The notes under the pieces are model-generated. The model did no database searches. It saw nothing but the letters and a program-made list of their open reading frames with translations, and was not told where the DNA came from. The position numbers and the translations under genes were made by a program. DNA of 64,000 nucleotides from an uncultured Chloroflexia bacterium (GTDB lineage Bacteria; Chloroflexota; Limnocylindria; Limnocylindrales; CSP1-4): assembly GCA_963707215.1 (NCBI GenBank), contig CAVPPB010000001.1, positions 160,001 to 224,000 of the forward strand, written 5' to 3'. Shown here piece after piece: positions 13,590 through 22,501 of this stretch. Positions within the stretch are counted from its first letter, which is position 1. Every line of letters starts with the position of its first letter.

Positions 13590-14506
13590 GGGGCGACGAC
13601 GTCCTCCTCGAGGTAGCGGGCGAAGCTGGCTCCGGTGATCCGCTCGAACGCCTGCACGTAGCGCGCGCGGGTCCCGGCCACGACCTCGTCCGGCAGCTCC
13701 GGGCCGGGGGCCGACTTGTCCCACGGCTGGGCCTCGAGCCAGTCGCGGACGAACTGCTTGTCGAAGCTGGCCTGGCGGCGGCCGGGCTCGTACGCCGCGG
13801 CGTCCCAGAAGCGGGACGAGTCGGGCGTCAGGACCTCGTCCACGAGGAGCAGCTCGCCGCTCGTCGGGTCGGTCCCGAACTCGAACTTGGTGTCGGCCAG
13901 CAGGATCCCGGCTCGCTCGCAATCGGCCGCCCCATGGCGGAAGAGGGCCAGCGAAGCCTCGCGAACGCGGACGGCGAGCTCGTGGCCCACCAGCTGCTCG
14001 GCGCGGGCGAAGGGGATGTTCTCGTCGTGCGCGCCAGCGGGTGCCTTCCATGCCGGCGTGAAGACTGGCTCGTCGAGCCGGTCGGACTCTCGCAGGCCTG
14101 GCGGCAGCGGCACCCCGCAGATCCCACCCGTCTCGCGGTATTCCTTCCAGGCCGAACCGGCGAGGTACCCGCGGACGACACACTCGACCGGCAGGACCTC
14201 AGCCGGGCGACCGATCATCATCCGGCCCCGCAGTTCGGCGACGACCCCCGGATCGGCCGCCAGCTCGGTCGGCAGCTCCCCCGGGTCCGTCCCCAGGAGA
14301 TGGTTCGGGATGATCTCGGCCGTCCGCCCGAACCAGAAGCGGGACAGCCCGGTCAGGACCCGGCCCTTGTCCGGGATCGGCGTGGGCAGGACGACGTCGA
14401 AGGCGCTGATGCGGTCGCTCGCCACGAGCAGGAGCCTCGACGCGTCGAGCCGGTACAGGTCGCGGACCTTGCCGGATCGCAGGAACAGCGCCTCAGCGCG
14501 GAGCAC
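13586..14506 (-). CDS. purC: SAICAR synthetase
   Basis: SGKVRDLY, SDRISAFD, VECVVRGY, ADTKFEFG, LTPDSSRFW, FDKQFVR. Confidence 0.97.
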   Translation of the reverse strand: MLRAEALFLRSGKVRDLYRLDASRLLLVASDRISAFDVVLPTPIPDKGRVLTGLSRFWFGRTAEIIPNHLLGTDPGELPTELAADPGVVAELRGRMMIGRPAEVLPVECVVRGYLAGSAWKEYRETGGICGVPLPPGLRESDRLDEPVFTPAWKAPAGAHDENIPFARAEQLVGHELAVRVREASLALFRHGAADCERAGILLADTKFEFGTDPTSGELLLVDEVLTPDSSRFWDAAAYEPGRRQASFDKQFVRDWLEAQPWDKSAPGPELPDEVVAGTRARYVQAFERITGASFARYLEEDVVAP

Positions 14507-15872
14507 GGGACGCCTCCTCCGGGTTCTCTCGAGCAGCGGTCGTGCCCGTCCCCGCCCGCCCCCGAAGCCCTTCCTCGATGACGGCGAGGCGGGCGATGAC
14601 GGCCGGGACGTGACGAAGCACGCGCTCGTCGTCGAAGCAGGCGTCGAGCTGCTCGAGCGAGAGCCGCTGGGCGACGTCGGGGTCGGTCTGGAGCAGGCCC
14701 TGGAGCGGGACCCGCTCGTCCGCCGCGCGGAGCGCGTTGCGCTGGACGATCGCGTAGGCCGCCTCTCGAGAGAGCCCGCCCTCCTCGACGAGGGCGAGGA
14801 GGGCCCGGCTGCTGGCGTGCAGACCGTGCCCGCGCTCGATGTTCTCGCGCATCCGGTCCGGCCGGACCACGAGGCCCTCGATGAGCCCCCGCATCCGGAC
14901 CAGCATGTAGTCCAGCAGGATGGTGGCGTCGGGAAGGAGGACCCGCTCGGCCGACGAGTGGCTGATGTCCCGCTCGTGCCAGAGCGGCTGGTCCTCGAAC
15001 GCCACCAGGGCGTAGCCGCGGAGGAGGCGAGCCAAGCCGGCGATCCGCTCGGACAGGATCGGGTTCCGCTTGTGGGGCATCGCCGACGAGCCCTTCTGGC
15101 CCGCCCGGAACGGCTCCATCACCTCGCCGATCTCCGTGTGCTGGAGATTCCGGACCTCGGTCGCGAAGCGCTCCAGCGAGCCGCCGGTCACGGCGATCGC
15201 CGCCAGGACGGCCGCGTGGCGGTCGCGCTGGACGATCTGGGTCGAGACCGGGTCGACGTGGAGGCCGAGGGCGCCGAGGACCTCCGCCTCGAGATCCGGG
15301 TCGAGATGGCTGTAGGTGCCCACCGGCCCGGAGATCTTGCCGGTGGCCGCCTCGCCGAAGGCCGCCGCGAGGCGGACCCGGTCGCGCTCGAGCTCGAACG
15401 CCCAGCCGGCCATCTTGAGCCCGAGGGTCGTCGGCTCCGCGTGGACCGAGTGGGTCCTCCCCATCATCACGGTCGTGGCCTCGGCACGCGCCCGGGCGAC
15501 CACGGCCGACAGCAGCTCATCGACGTCCCGCAGGAGCCGATCGCCGGCGGCCCGCAGCTGGAGCGCCAGGGCGGTATCGACGACATCGCTGCTGGTGAGG
15601 CCGACGTGGAGATAGCGGCCCTCCGGCCCGACCGACTCGGCGACCTGGCTGACGAACGCGATGACGTCGTGGTCGGTCGTCCGCTCGATCTCGGCGATCC
15701 GGTCCACGTCCACCCGCGCCTTCGCCTCGATCACGTCGAGGGCGCCGGCCGGGACCATCTCCCGGGCGACCTGTGCCCGGGCCACCGCGAGCTCGACCTC
15801 GAGCATCCGCCCGAAGCGGGCCTCGTCGGACCAGACCGCGGCCATCTCCGGGAGCGTGTAGCGGCGGATCAC
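14493..15872 (-). CDS. purB: Adenylosuccinate lyase
   Basis: (V)IRRYT start at 15872, HDVIAF, GRTHSVHAEPTT, GSSAMPHKRNP, HERDISHSSAER. Confidence 0.96.
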   Translation of the reverse strand: MIRRYTLPEMAAVWSDEARFGRMLEVELAVARAQVAREMVPAGALDVIEAKARVDVDRIAEIERTTDHDVIAFVSQVAESVGPEGRYLHVGLTSSDVVDTALALQLRAAGDRLLRDVDELLSAVVARARAEATTVMMGRTHSVHAEPTTLGLKMAGWAFELERDRVRLAAAFGEAATGKISGPVGTYSHLDPDLEAEVLGALGLHVDPVSTQIVQRDRHAAVLAAIAVTGGSLERFATEVRNLQHTEIGEVMEPFRAGQKGSSAMPHKRNPILSERIAGLARLLRGYALVAFEDQPLWHERDISHSSAERVLLPDATILLDYMLVRMRGLIEGLVVRPDRMRENIERGHGLHASSRALLALVEEGGLSREAAYAIVQRNALRAADERVPLQGLLQTDPDVAQRLSLEQLDACFDDERVLRHVPAVIARLAVIEEGLRGRAGTGTTAARENPEEASRAPR

Positions 15873-17203
15873 CGGCCGACCCCGACGCGGACCGGCGGCA
15901 GCGCGGTGGCGATGTCCCGGCGCCGCTGCATCCCGGGCCAGCGGACCAGGTCGGCGGCGGCCTCCGCGGTCGCCCGCGCATCGGCGAGGTCGCCACCCCG
16001 ACCGACGATGGTCAGGACCCGCCCGCCGTCGGCCACCCATGTGCCGGAGGCCCCGGCCCGCGTGCCGGCGTGGAAGACGAGGGCCCCGGTCGCGGCGGCC
16101 GCGTCGAGGCCGTCGATCGGGTCGCCGCGGACCGGGGTCTCCGGGTAGCCGGCCGATGCCAGGACGATCCCGACCGCGGCCCCCGGAAGTGCCGGCAGGG
16201 ACGGTTCCGGAGGATCCGGGAGGGCCCCGCGGGCCGCGGCCAGCAGCCATGGCCCGAGCGCACCAGCGAGCCGCGGGAGGATCACCTGGGCCTCGGGATC
16301 ACCGAGCCGTGCGTTGCACTCCAGGAGCACCGGGCCGTCGGCCGTGAGCATCAGGCCTGCGTACAGGAAGCCACGGAACGGCGTTCCCCGCCGGGCGAGC
16401 TCTCGGAGCAGCGGTTGGTGGACCGTCCCGAGGATCGCCTCGACCGCGTCGTCGGGCAGGTCGGGCACCGGCGAGTAGGCGCCCATGCCGCCGGTGTTCG
16501 GTCCCGCGTCGCCGTCCTGGAGGCGCTTGTGGTCGCGGGCTACCGGGAGGGCGACCGCCCGGCGGCCGTCGCAGATCGCGATGACGCTCGCCTCGCGCCC
16601 CTCGAGCCGCTCCTCGACCACGAGGGTCGGATCGTCCCCCCGGTCACCATCGAGCATCCCAGGGATGCGCTCGAGGGCCTCGAACAGGTCGGCACACACC
16701 ACGACCCCCTTGCCCGCGGCGAGGCCGTCGGCCTTGAGGACGATGCCCCGGCGGGAACGATCGAGGGTCTCCGCCCAGGACCGAGCCGCCTCGCGGTCGC
16801 CTGGTCGGAACGTCCGAGCCTCGGCCATCCGGACCCCGGCCGCCTCCGCGACGTCGTGGCAGAAGGCCTTGGAGGTCTCGATGCGGGCCGCGGCGGCGGT
16901 CGGGCCGAAGCAGGTCATGCCCGCCTCGGCCAGGGCGTCGGCCACGCCCGCAGCGAGCGGGGCCTCGGGTCCGACGACGACGAGGTCCGCGGACGATGCC
17001 CGGGACGCTCGGACCACGGCCGCCGGATCCAGCGGATCGAGGTCGGCCAGGCGACGGACCCGGGGGACGGCCGAGATGGCGTCGGACCCGGGAGCTGCGA
17101 CGACGACGTTCATCCCGGGCTCGTCGGCCAGCTTCCAGGCCAAGGCGTGCTCCCGCCCGCCGGAGCCGACGAGAAGCAGGGTCGTCGGGGCGATCAACGG
17201 CAC
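15869..17203 (-). CDS. purD: Phosphoribosylamine-glycine ligase
   Basis: GSGGREHALA, VGPEAPL, KADGLAAGKGV, NTGGMGAYSP, GGRVL. Confidence 0.96.
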   Translation of the reverse strand: MPLIAPTTLLLVGSGGREHALAWKLADEPGMNVVVAAPGSDAISAVPRVRRLADLDPLDPAAVVRASRASSADLVVVGPEAPLAAGVADALAEAGMTCFGPTAAAARIETSKAFCHDVAEAAGVRMAEARTFRPGDREAARSWAETLDRSRRGIVLKADGLAAGKGVVVCADLFEALERIPGMLDGDRGDDPTLVVEERLEGREASVIAICDGRRAVALPVARDHKRLQDGDAGPNTGGMGAYSPVPDLPDDAVEAILGTVHQPLLRELARRGTPFRGFLYAGLMLTADGPVLLECNARLGDPEAQVILPRLAGALGPWLLAAARGALPDPPEPSLPALPGAAVGIVLASAGYPETPVRGDPIDGLDAAAATGALVFHAGTRAGASGTWVADGGRVLTIVGRGGDLADARATAEAAADLVRWPGMQRRRDIATALPPVRVGVGR

Positions 17204-17237
17204 GGCGCCGCTCCGGCCCGGGGACGGACCGTCCCGC

Positions 17238-18560
17238 TCATCCAGGCCGTCCGGGCACGCCGGTGGGCCGGTGGCGCATCGGCCGCCAGGCGCGTTCGAT
17301 CGTCTGGGTCCGCTCCGGACCGACCGACACGAGCACGATCGGCACGCCGGCGAGTTCCTCGAGGGCTGTCACGTAGCGGCGAGCGGCCTCGGGCAGGTCG
17401 GCCAGCGAGCGAACGCCATGGATCTCGGCCTCCCAGCCGGGGAGCGTCTCGTAGACGGGGACCGCCGCGGCGAGCACGTCGGCCGAGGAGGGCCAGGCCT
17501 CGACACGCCGCCCGTCGACCTCGTAGGCGACGCAGAGCCGCAGCTCCTCGAGACCCGACAGGATGTCGAGCTTGTTGAGCATGATCGAGCTGACGCTGTT
17601 GACGGCGACGGCGTACCGGAGCGGCACCGCGTCGAACCAACCCACCCGCCGGCGACGACCCGTCGTCGTGCCGAATTCGTGGCCACGGGTAGCGATCCGC
17701 TCGCCCAGGTCGCCGTCCAGCTCGGTCGGGAACGGCCCGGCCCCGACGCGAGTGGCATAGGCCTTCATGACCCCCATGACCTCGTCGACCTGGAGCGGTC
17801 CGATCCCACCCCCCGTGCAGGCCCCGCCGGCCACGGGGTTCGACGAGGTCACGAACGGGTAGCTCCCGTGATCGAGGTCGAGGAGCGTCCCCTGGGCACC
17901 CTCGAGGAGCACGTGATCGCCCCGGGCGAGGGCGTCCTGGACGAGCCATGTCGCATCGACGAGAAGCTCCTCGAGGCGCTCGCCCCAGGCCGCGGCCTGG
18001 GCGACCAGGGGCTCGACCTCGAACTGGTCCAGGCCGTGGACGACCGCCAGGACCGCGTTGACCTCGGGCAGCAGGCGTTCCAGCTTCCCCCGGAGCCGGG
18101 CAGGTTCCAGGAGATCCTCCATCCGGAGCCCGGTCCGGGCTGCCCGGTCGCGGTAGGCGGGGCCGATCCCCCGCTGGGTCGTGCCGACTCTCGCACCACC
18201 GAGCGAGGCCTCGTGAGCACGGTCGAGCGCCACGTGGTAGGGCATGATCACGTGGGCCGCCCGGCTGACCCTGACGCGGCTCGCGTCGATGCCCCGTTCG
18301 GCCAGCCCGTCGAGCTCGGAGATCAGCGTGGCCGGGTTGACGACGACGCCGCTGCCGATGACCGAGGTGATGTGCGGGTAGAGGACGCCCGAGGGCACGA
18401 GGTGGAGCTTGAAGACCTCGTCGCCCAGGACCACCGTGTGGCCGGCGTTGTCGCCGCCCTGGTAGCGGACGACCATGGCGACCTGCTCGGACAGGAAGTC
18501 GGTGGTCTTGCCCTTCCCCTCGTCGCCCCACTGGAGGCCGACGACCACGGTGGCCGGCAT
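17238..18560 (-). CDS. purA: Adenylosuccinate synthetase
   Basis: QWGDEGKGK, GGDNAGHT, GIGPAY, EGAQG, TRVGAGPFPTE, EFGTTTGR; ATG at 18560. Confidence 0.97.
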   Translation of the reverse strand: MPATVVVGLQWGDEGKGKTTDFLSEQVAMVVRYQGGDNAGHTVVLGDEVFKLHLVPSGVLYPHITSVIGSGVVVNPATLISELDGLAERGIDASRVRVSRAAHVIMPYHVALDRAHEASLGGARVGTTQRGIGPAYRDRAARTGLRMEDLLEPARLRGKLERLLPEVNAVLAVVHGLDQFEVEPLVAQAAAWGERLEELLVDATWLVQDALARGDHVLLEGAQGTLLDLDHGSYPFVTSSNPVAGGACTGGGIGPLQVDEVMGVMKAYATRVGAGPFPTELDGDLGERIATRGHEFGTTTGRRRRVGWFDAVPLRYAVAVNSVSSIMLNKLDILSGLEELRLCVAYEVDGRRVEAWPSSADVLAAAVPVYETLPGWEAEIHGVRSLADLPEAARRYVTALEELAGVPIVLVSVGPERTQTIERAWRPMRHRPTGVPGRPG

Positions 18561-18772
18561 CAGGTCGCCCTCGCGAGGTCGCCGACAGGGTCCGGGCCTC
18601 GTGTGCCGAGACGCGCCGGGGCCGGGATACACGCCTCCCTTGGGTCGCCGCCGGAGCGGCGAGAGGTCGTTCCGAGACCACCGTGCCGCCTCACGGGACG
18701 ACCGCGGCGCCCTCCTCGCGCAACACTCCCCTCCAGGATCGGCGGGCCGTGGCCCGCGGGCGTTCGAGGACG
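18561..18772 (-). promoter_or_regulatory. Long structured 5' leader of the pur operon (candidate cis-regulatory RNA)
   Basis: Lies between an extended -10 and purA; several helices including a C(UCCG)G-capped 7-bp hairpin at 18645-18662. Confidence 0.45.
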
Positions 18773-18777
18773 GCGGG

Positions 18778-18786
18778 AGTATAGCA
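18778..18786 (-). promoter_or_regulatory. Extended -10 promoter TGcTATACT of the pur operon
   Basis: One mismatch to TGnTATAAT in a high-GC background. Confidence 0.7.
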
Positions 18787-18927
18787 GCGGGCACCCCGGC
18801 TTCGCGCCGTGACGACGATCCTGACGCTGGTGCCGGCCGGCCGCCCGTCGCGCTCGACGGGCGCACGAGCGCTCGCCGGCGAACCGGGCGACAAGTGCCG
18901 GGTGAGGGCCGCGCAAGTGCCGCCGAC

Positions 18928-18933
18928 TATGGT
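18928..18933 (+). promoter_or_regulatory. Putative -10 (TATGGT) for ssb
   Basis: TAnnnT hexamer ~90 nt upstream of ATG 19023, divergent from the pur promoter. Confidence 0.4.
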
Positions 18934-19022
18934 CCGGTCACCCGTCGAGCCCGCCGAGTCGGACCCGCCGACGGAAGCGGTCGAGCCGGCCCGCCGGCCG
19001 ACCCAGCGAGGAGAGTGGACCG

Positions 19023-19439
19023 ATGAACAGGGTCCTGATCACCGGGCGCCTGACGCGCGACCCGGAGTTGCGCAGCCTGGCCAGCGGCCGCCATGTGACG
19101 ACCTTCACGGTCGCCACCAACGAGTACGCCGGCCCAGGCAAGGAGCGATCGGAGTACCACAGCGTCGTGACCTGGGAGCGGCTCGCCGAGATCTGCGGCC
19201 GCTACCTCGGCAAGGGCATGACGGTCGCCCTCGAGGGGAGGATCCAGACCCGGACCTGGGACGACGACCAGGGCAAGCGGCATTGGAAGACGGAGATCGT
19301 CGCCTCGAACGTCGAGATGCTCTCCGGCCGAACCAAGAAGGACTACGCGGCCGAGATCGCTGCCGACGCGCTCGAGGCACAGGCCGATGGCCCGACCACC
19401 GACGCGACAGTCGTCGAAACCGTCGACGAGGCTGCCTGA
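19023..19439 (+). CDS. ssb: Single-stranded DNA-binding protein (short, no DDxxPF tip)
   Basis: MNRVLITGRLTRDPELR, YLGKG, EGRIQTRTW, KTEIVA; GAGGAG SD. Confidence 0.93.
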   Translation: MNRVLITGRLTRDPELRSLASGRHVTTFTVATNEYAGPGKERSEYHSVVTWERLAEICGRYLGKGMTVALEGRIQTRTWDDDQGKRHWKTEIVASNVEMLSGRTKKDYAAEIAADALEAQADGPTTDATVVETVDEAA

Positions 19440-19478
19440 CCGCCCGCTCCTGCGGCCGCGCCCCCCTCCGTGGCCGCC

Positions 19479-19521
19479 TCGACCGCCCCCGGCGCGCCCT
19501 CCCGCGCCCGGGGGCGGTCGA
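19479..19521. terminator. Long GC hairpin between convergent ssb and rsmI (likely bidirectional terminator)
   Basis: TCGACCGCCCCCGG (19479-19492) pairs with CCGGGGGCGGTCGA (19508-19521); no U-tract. Confidence 0.55.
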
Positions 19522-19581
19522 ACCCCCGCTCGAGGGCGATCGGCCCAGCGATCGCTTCGGTCCCCGCCGGCCGAGGCCGGG

Positions 19582-20478
19582 TCAGCGGGCTCGCTCGTCG
19601 TAGAGGCGCCGCCGCGACAGCCCGGTCTCGCGGGCGACGCGACGCGCCGCCTCGGCACGACCCATACCCTCGCCGACCAGGGCATCGACCCGCGCGCGAG
19701 CGGCGACCTCCAGCGCGGCCGGGTCCAGGTCCTCGAGCCCGGCCCGCGCGTCGCGCGCGCCGGGCCAGTGCCCGATGATGATCGTCATCTCTCCCCTGGC
19801 AGGGATGCGGCCGATCATGGCGGCCTCCGCCAGCTCGCCGAGCGTCCCGCGAACGACCGACTCGTGCATCTTCGTGAGCTCCCGGCAGACCGCCCCCGGG
19901 CGCTCGGGACCGCAACGCTGGGCAAGGTCGCCCATCGTGCCGGCGAGGCGGTCGGGGGCCTCGAAGAGGATCGCGCCACGCTCGTCGCCGGCGAGGCGGT
20001 CGATGCGCTCACGGCGCTCGCGTCCGCTCCGCGGCAGGAACCCCTCGAACGACCAGCGGGGCCCGGCGATCCCCGTGGCCGCGACGGCCGCAAGGGCGGC
20101 CGAGGGTCCCGGGATGGGGATGACCGCGCCGCCCTCGCTACCCCAGGCGGCAGCCAGCTCGGAACCCGGATCGCTGATCCCGGGCGTCCCGGCGTCGGTC
20201 ACCACCGCCAGGTCCCGTCCTTCCCGGAGCTGCCCCAGGAGCTCGGGCAGGCGCTCCGTCGCGTTCCTGGCCCGGAAGCTCGTCAGCGGGGTGTCGATGC
20301 CGTGGCGGACCAGCAGGCGGCGGGTGACCCGGGTGTCCTCGGCCGCGATCAGGGGGACGGCGCGGAGGGTCTCGAGGGCCCGAAGGGTCACGTCGGCCAG
20401 GTTGCCGATCGGAGTGGCGACGACGAACAGGCGTCCACCCTGCGTGCCGGTCGCCGCAGGGTCGCGGTCCCGGGTCAC
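19582..20478 (-). CDS. rsmI: 16S rRNA (cytidine1402-2'-O)-methyltransferase
   Basis: LFVVATPIGNL, AEDTR, DAGTPGISDPG, FEGFLP, RELTKMHE; GTGA overlap with the nadE stop. Confidence 0.95.
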   Translation of the reverse strand: MTRDRDPAATGTQGGRLFVVATPIGNLADVTLRALETLRAVPLIAAEDTRVTRRLLVRHGIDTPLTSFRARNATERLPELLGQLREGRDLAVVTDAGTPGISDPGSELAAAWGSEGGAVIPIPGPSAALAAVAATGIAGPRWSFEGFLPRSGRERRERIDRLAGDERGAILFEAPDRLAGTMGDLAQRCGPERPGAVCRELTKMHESVVRGTLGELAEAAMIGRIPARGEMTIIIGHWPGARDARAGLEDLDPAALEVAARARVDALVGEGMGRAEAARRVARETGLSRRRLYDERAR

Positions 20479-21371
20479 GTCCGGGCCGAGCCGGGACGCC
20501 GCCTCGGGTAGAGGTAGTCCAAGCCGGCCGTCCTCGGCCCAAGCTTGGCGATCGGTGGGACCTGGCGCTTGAACTCGGAGCTCGCGACCATGCGGTCGAC
20601 CCGGGCGACGACCGCCGGATCGAAGCCCATGGCGACCAGCTCCTGGTGCGACCGCCGGCGGTCGATCATCCAGTAGAGGATGCGGTCCAGCAGCGGGTAG
20701 CTGAACCCGCCCTCGGACTCGTCGGTCTGGCCGGGCCACAGATCCGCCGACGGAGCCTTGCGGACGATCGTGTCCGGGACGCCGATCACCTCGGCCAGCT
20801 GGCGGACCTGGCTCTTGTAGAGGTCGCCGATGGGGTTGAACGCGCAGGCCGAGTCCCCGAACAGGGTCGTGTAGCCGATGAGCGCTTCGGTCTTGTTGCC
20901 GGTCCCGACGACCAGGCCGCCCCAGTTCGCCGAGTGGTCGTAGAGCACGGCCATTCGCATCCGGGCCATGAAGTTGCCGCGTCGGAGCGCGTCGGCTTCC
21001 GCGCCGCTGGAGCCCAGTGCCCCGTCGTCGTCCCGGCCGAAGTAGCCGTCCACCATCGGACTGATGTCCACCAGGGCCGACGCGCAGTCGAGATGGCCGA
21101 CCACGGCCTCGGCGTCCGCCCTGGATGCCGGCGACGAGGTCCGATAGGGCATGAGCACGCAGAGGAGGCGCTCCGGCCCGATCGCCTCGGCGACCAGGTA
21201 GGCGACCAGCGCCGAGTCGATCCCTCCCGAGAGGCCGAGGACGGTCCGCTCGAACCCTGCCTGGCGTAGCTGACCGCGGATGAACTCGCCGATGCTCCGC
21301 CGGGCGACGTGGGTGTCGATGGCGAGCTCCTCGGGCAGCTCATACGCTGGTGCGCCGTGCTGTTCGGTCAC
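20475..21371 (-). CDS. nadE: NAD+ synthetase, synthetase-only subunit
   Basis: GLSGGIDS, GNFMARMRM, GTGNKTE, GDLYKSQV, PSADLWPGQTDE. Confidence 0.95.
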   Translation of the reverse strand: MTEQHGAPAYELPEELAIDTHVARRSIGEFIRGQLRQAGFERTVLGLSGGIDSALVAYLVAEAIGPERLLCVLMPYRTSSPASRADAEAVVGHLDCASALVDISPMVDGYFGRDDDGALGSSGAEADALRRGNFMARMRMAVLYDHSANWGGLVVGTGNKTEALIGYTTLFGDSACAFNPIGDLYKSQVRQLAEVIGVPDTIVRKAPSADLWPGQTDESEGGFSYPLLDRILYWMIDRRRSHQELVAMGFDPAVVARVDRMVASSEFKRQVPPIAKLGPRTAGLDYLYPRRRPGSART

Positions 21372-22306
21372 CGTGATCCCTCCGGGTCGCCGTCGTCCCC
21401 GCCACTGCTCCATTCGTCGGGATCGCCGCCAGCCTGAGCGTCGAGCCCGGCCCGTTCGGCGATGACCCGCCGGAGCTCCCGGACCTGCAGCTCCAGCCGC
21501 TCGTCGCGCAGCAGCGGCAGGGAGATCCGCTCCCGGCGGACGTCGGCCAGCGAGGCGTCCACCAGGAACAGGCCCTCCTCGTACATCGGGGCCGCGAAGA
21601 TCGTCTCGCCGCTCGGCCCGACGACCTCGGACCCGCCCCAGAAGGACAGCGACTCATCGACCCCGACCCGGTTGACGAAGACGACGACGCTGGTCGTGAG
21701 CTGGGCGTAGGCCCGCATCAGGGTCCGCCACGACGTCGCCGTTCCCGGTCCGGCCTCGTTCCGGGCCGCCATGTCACGCCCGGGCGATGACGACACGTTG
21801 ACCAGGATGCGGGCACCGTCGAGGGCGAGCAGCTGGGGGATCGCGAGATGCCAGAAGTCCTCGCAGATGCCGATCCCCACGCCGATCCCCGATCGCGACC
21901 GGACCGCCCGGACCCGATCGCCCGGAGCGAAGAAGCGGCGCTCGTCGAACAGTCCATAGGTCGGCAGGTAGACCTTGCGGTGGACGTGGCGGACCTCCCC
22001 GTCCTCCAGGAGGGCGGCCGCGATGAAGAGGCGGTGATCGTCGGACTCCTCGACGAACGAGACCACGGCCGCCAGGTCGTCCGTCTCGGCCGCCAGGTCG
22101 AGGAGCCGCGGATCGTCCCGGGTCATGGCGACCTCGGCCGCAAGGTCCTGGAGCAGGTAGCCGGTGAGGCCGAGCTCGGGGAAGACGACCAGCTCGGCCC
22201 CGCTATCGCGGGCCTCGTGCATGACGACCCGGTGCCGGGCCAGGTTCTCGTCGAGCAGCCCCAGGTGTGGCGCCGTCTGAGCCAAGGCGATCCGGATGGT
22301 TCCCAC
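21368..22306 (-). CDS. Nitrilase-family amidohydrolase, probable glutaminase subunit of NAD synthetase
   Basis: Glu-Lys-Cys triad motifs FPEL, HRKVYLPTYGLFDERRFF, ICEDFW; translationally coupled to nadE. Confidence 0.88.
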   Translation of the reverse strand: MGTIRIALAQTAPHLGLLDENLARHRVVMHEARDSGAELVVFPELGLTGYLLQDLAAEVAMTRDDPRLLDLAAETDDLAAVVSFVEESDDHRLFIAAALLEDGEVRHVHRKVYLPTYGLFDERRFFAPGDRVRAVRSRSGIGVGIGICEDFWHLAIPQLLALDGARILVNVSSSPGRDMAARNEAGPGTATSWRTLMRAYAQLTTSVVVFVNRVGVDESLSFWGGSEVVGPSGETIFAAPMYEEGLFLVDASLADVRRERISLPLLRDERLELQVRELRRVIAERAGLDAQAGGDPDEWSSGGDDGDPEGSR

Positions 22307-22312
22307 GACCGG

Positions 22313-22318
22313 AGTCTA
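22313..22318 (-). promoter_or_regulatory. -10 TAGACT, 6 nt before GTG (probable leaderless mRNA)
   Basis: TAGACT-ccggtc-GTG(22306); no SD. Confidence 0.5.
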
Positions 22319-22388
22319 GCGCCCGGGCCGGACCGCCCGAGCCGGGCGACGAGGACCTGTTCGGGACTGGCGCAGGCTACCGCCCCGA

Positions 22389-22397
22389 TGCTAGGCT
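22389..22397 (+). promoter_or_regulatory. Extended -10 TGcTAGGCT for ABC operon 1
   Basis: TGnTAnnnT ~105 nt upstream of ATG 22502. Confidence 0.5.
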
Positions 22398-22501
22398 TCC
22401 CGGACCCGCACCACGTGCCGGCGTATCGCCAGCGGGTCAGTCGCTCCACGCCGTCGCGACCCTTCGGCGCACGGCGGGAGCCGAATGGAGGAGGCAAGGG
22501 G

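Noticed and set aside
18561-18772. Known purine, ZTP or PRPP riboswitch call
   Set aside because: Signature sequences (GUUUCUAC, GACUGGCG, UAGGGUUCC/AAAAGCCC) not found by eye; kept only as an orphan candidate.
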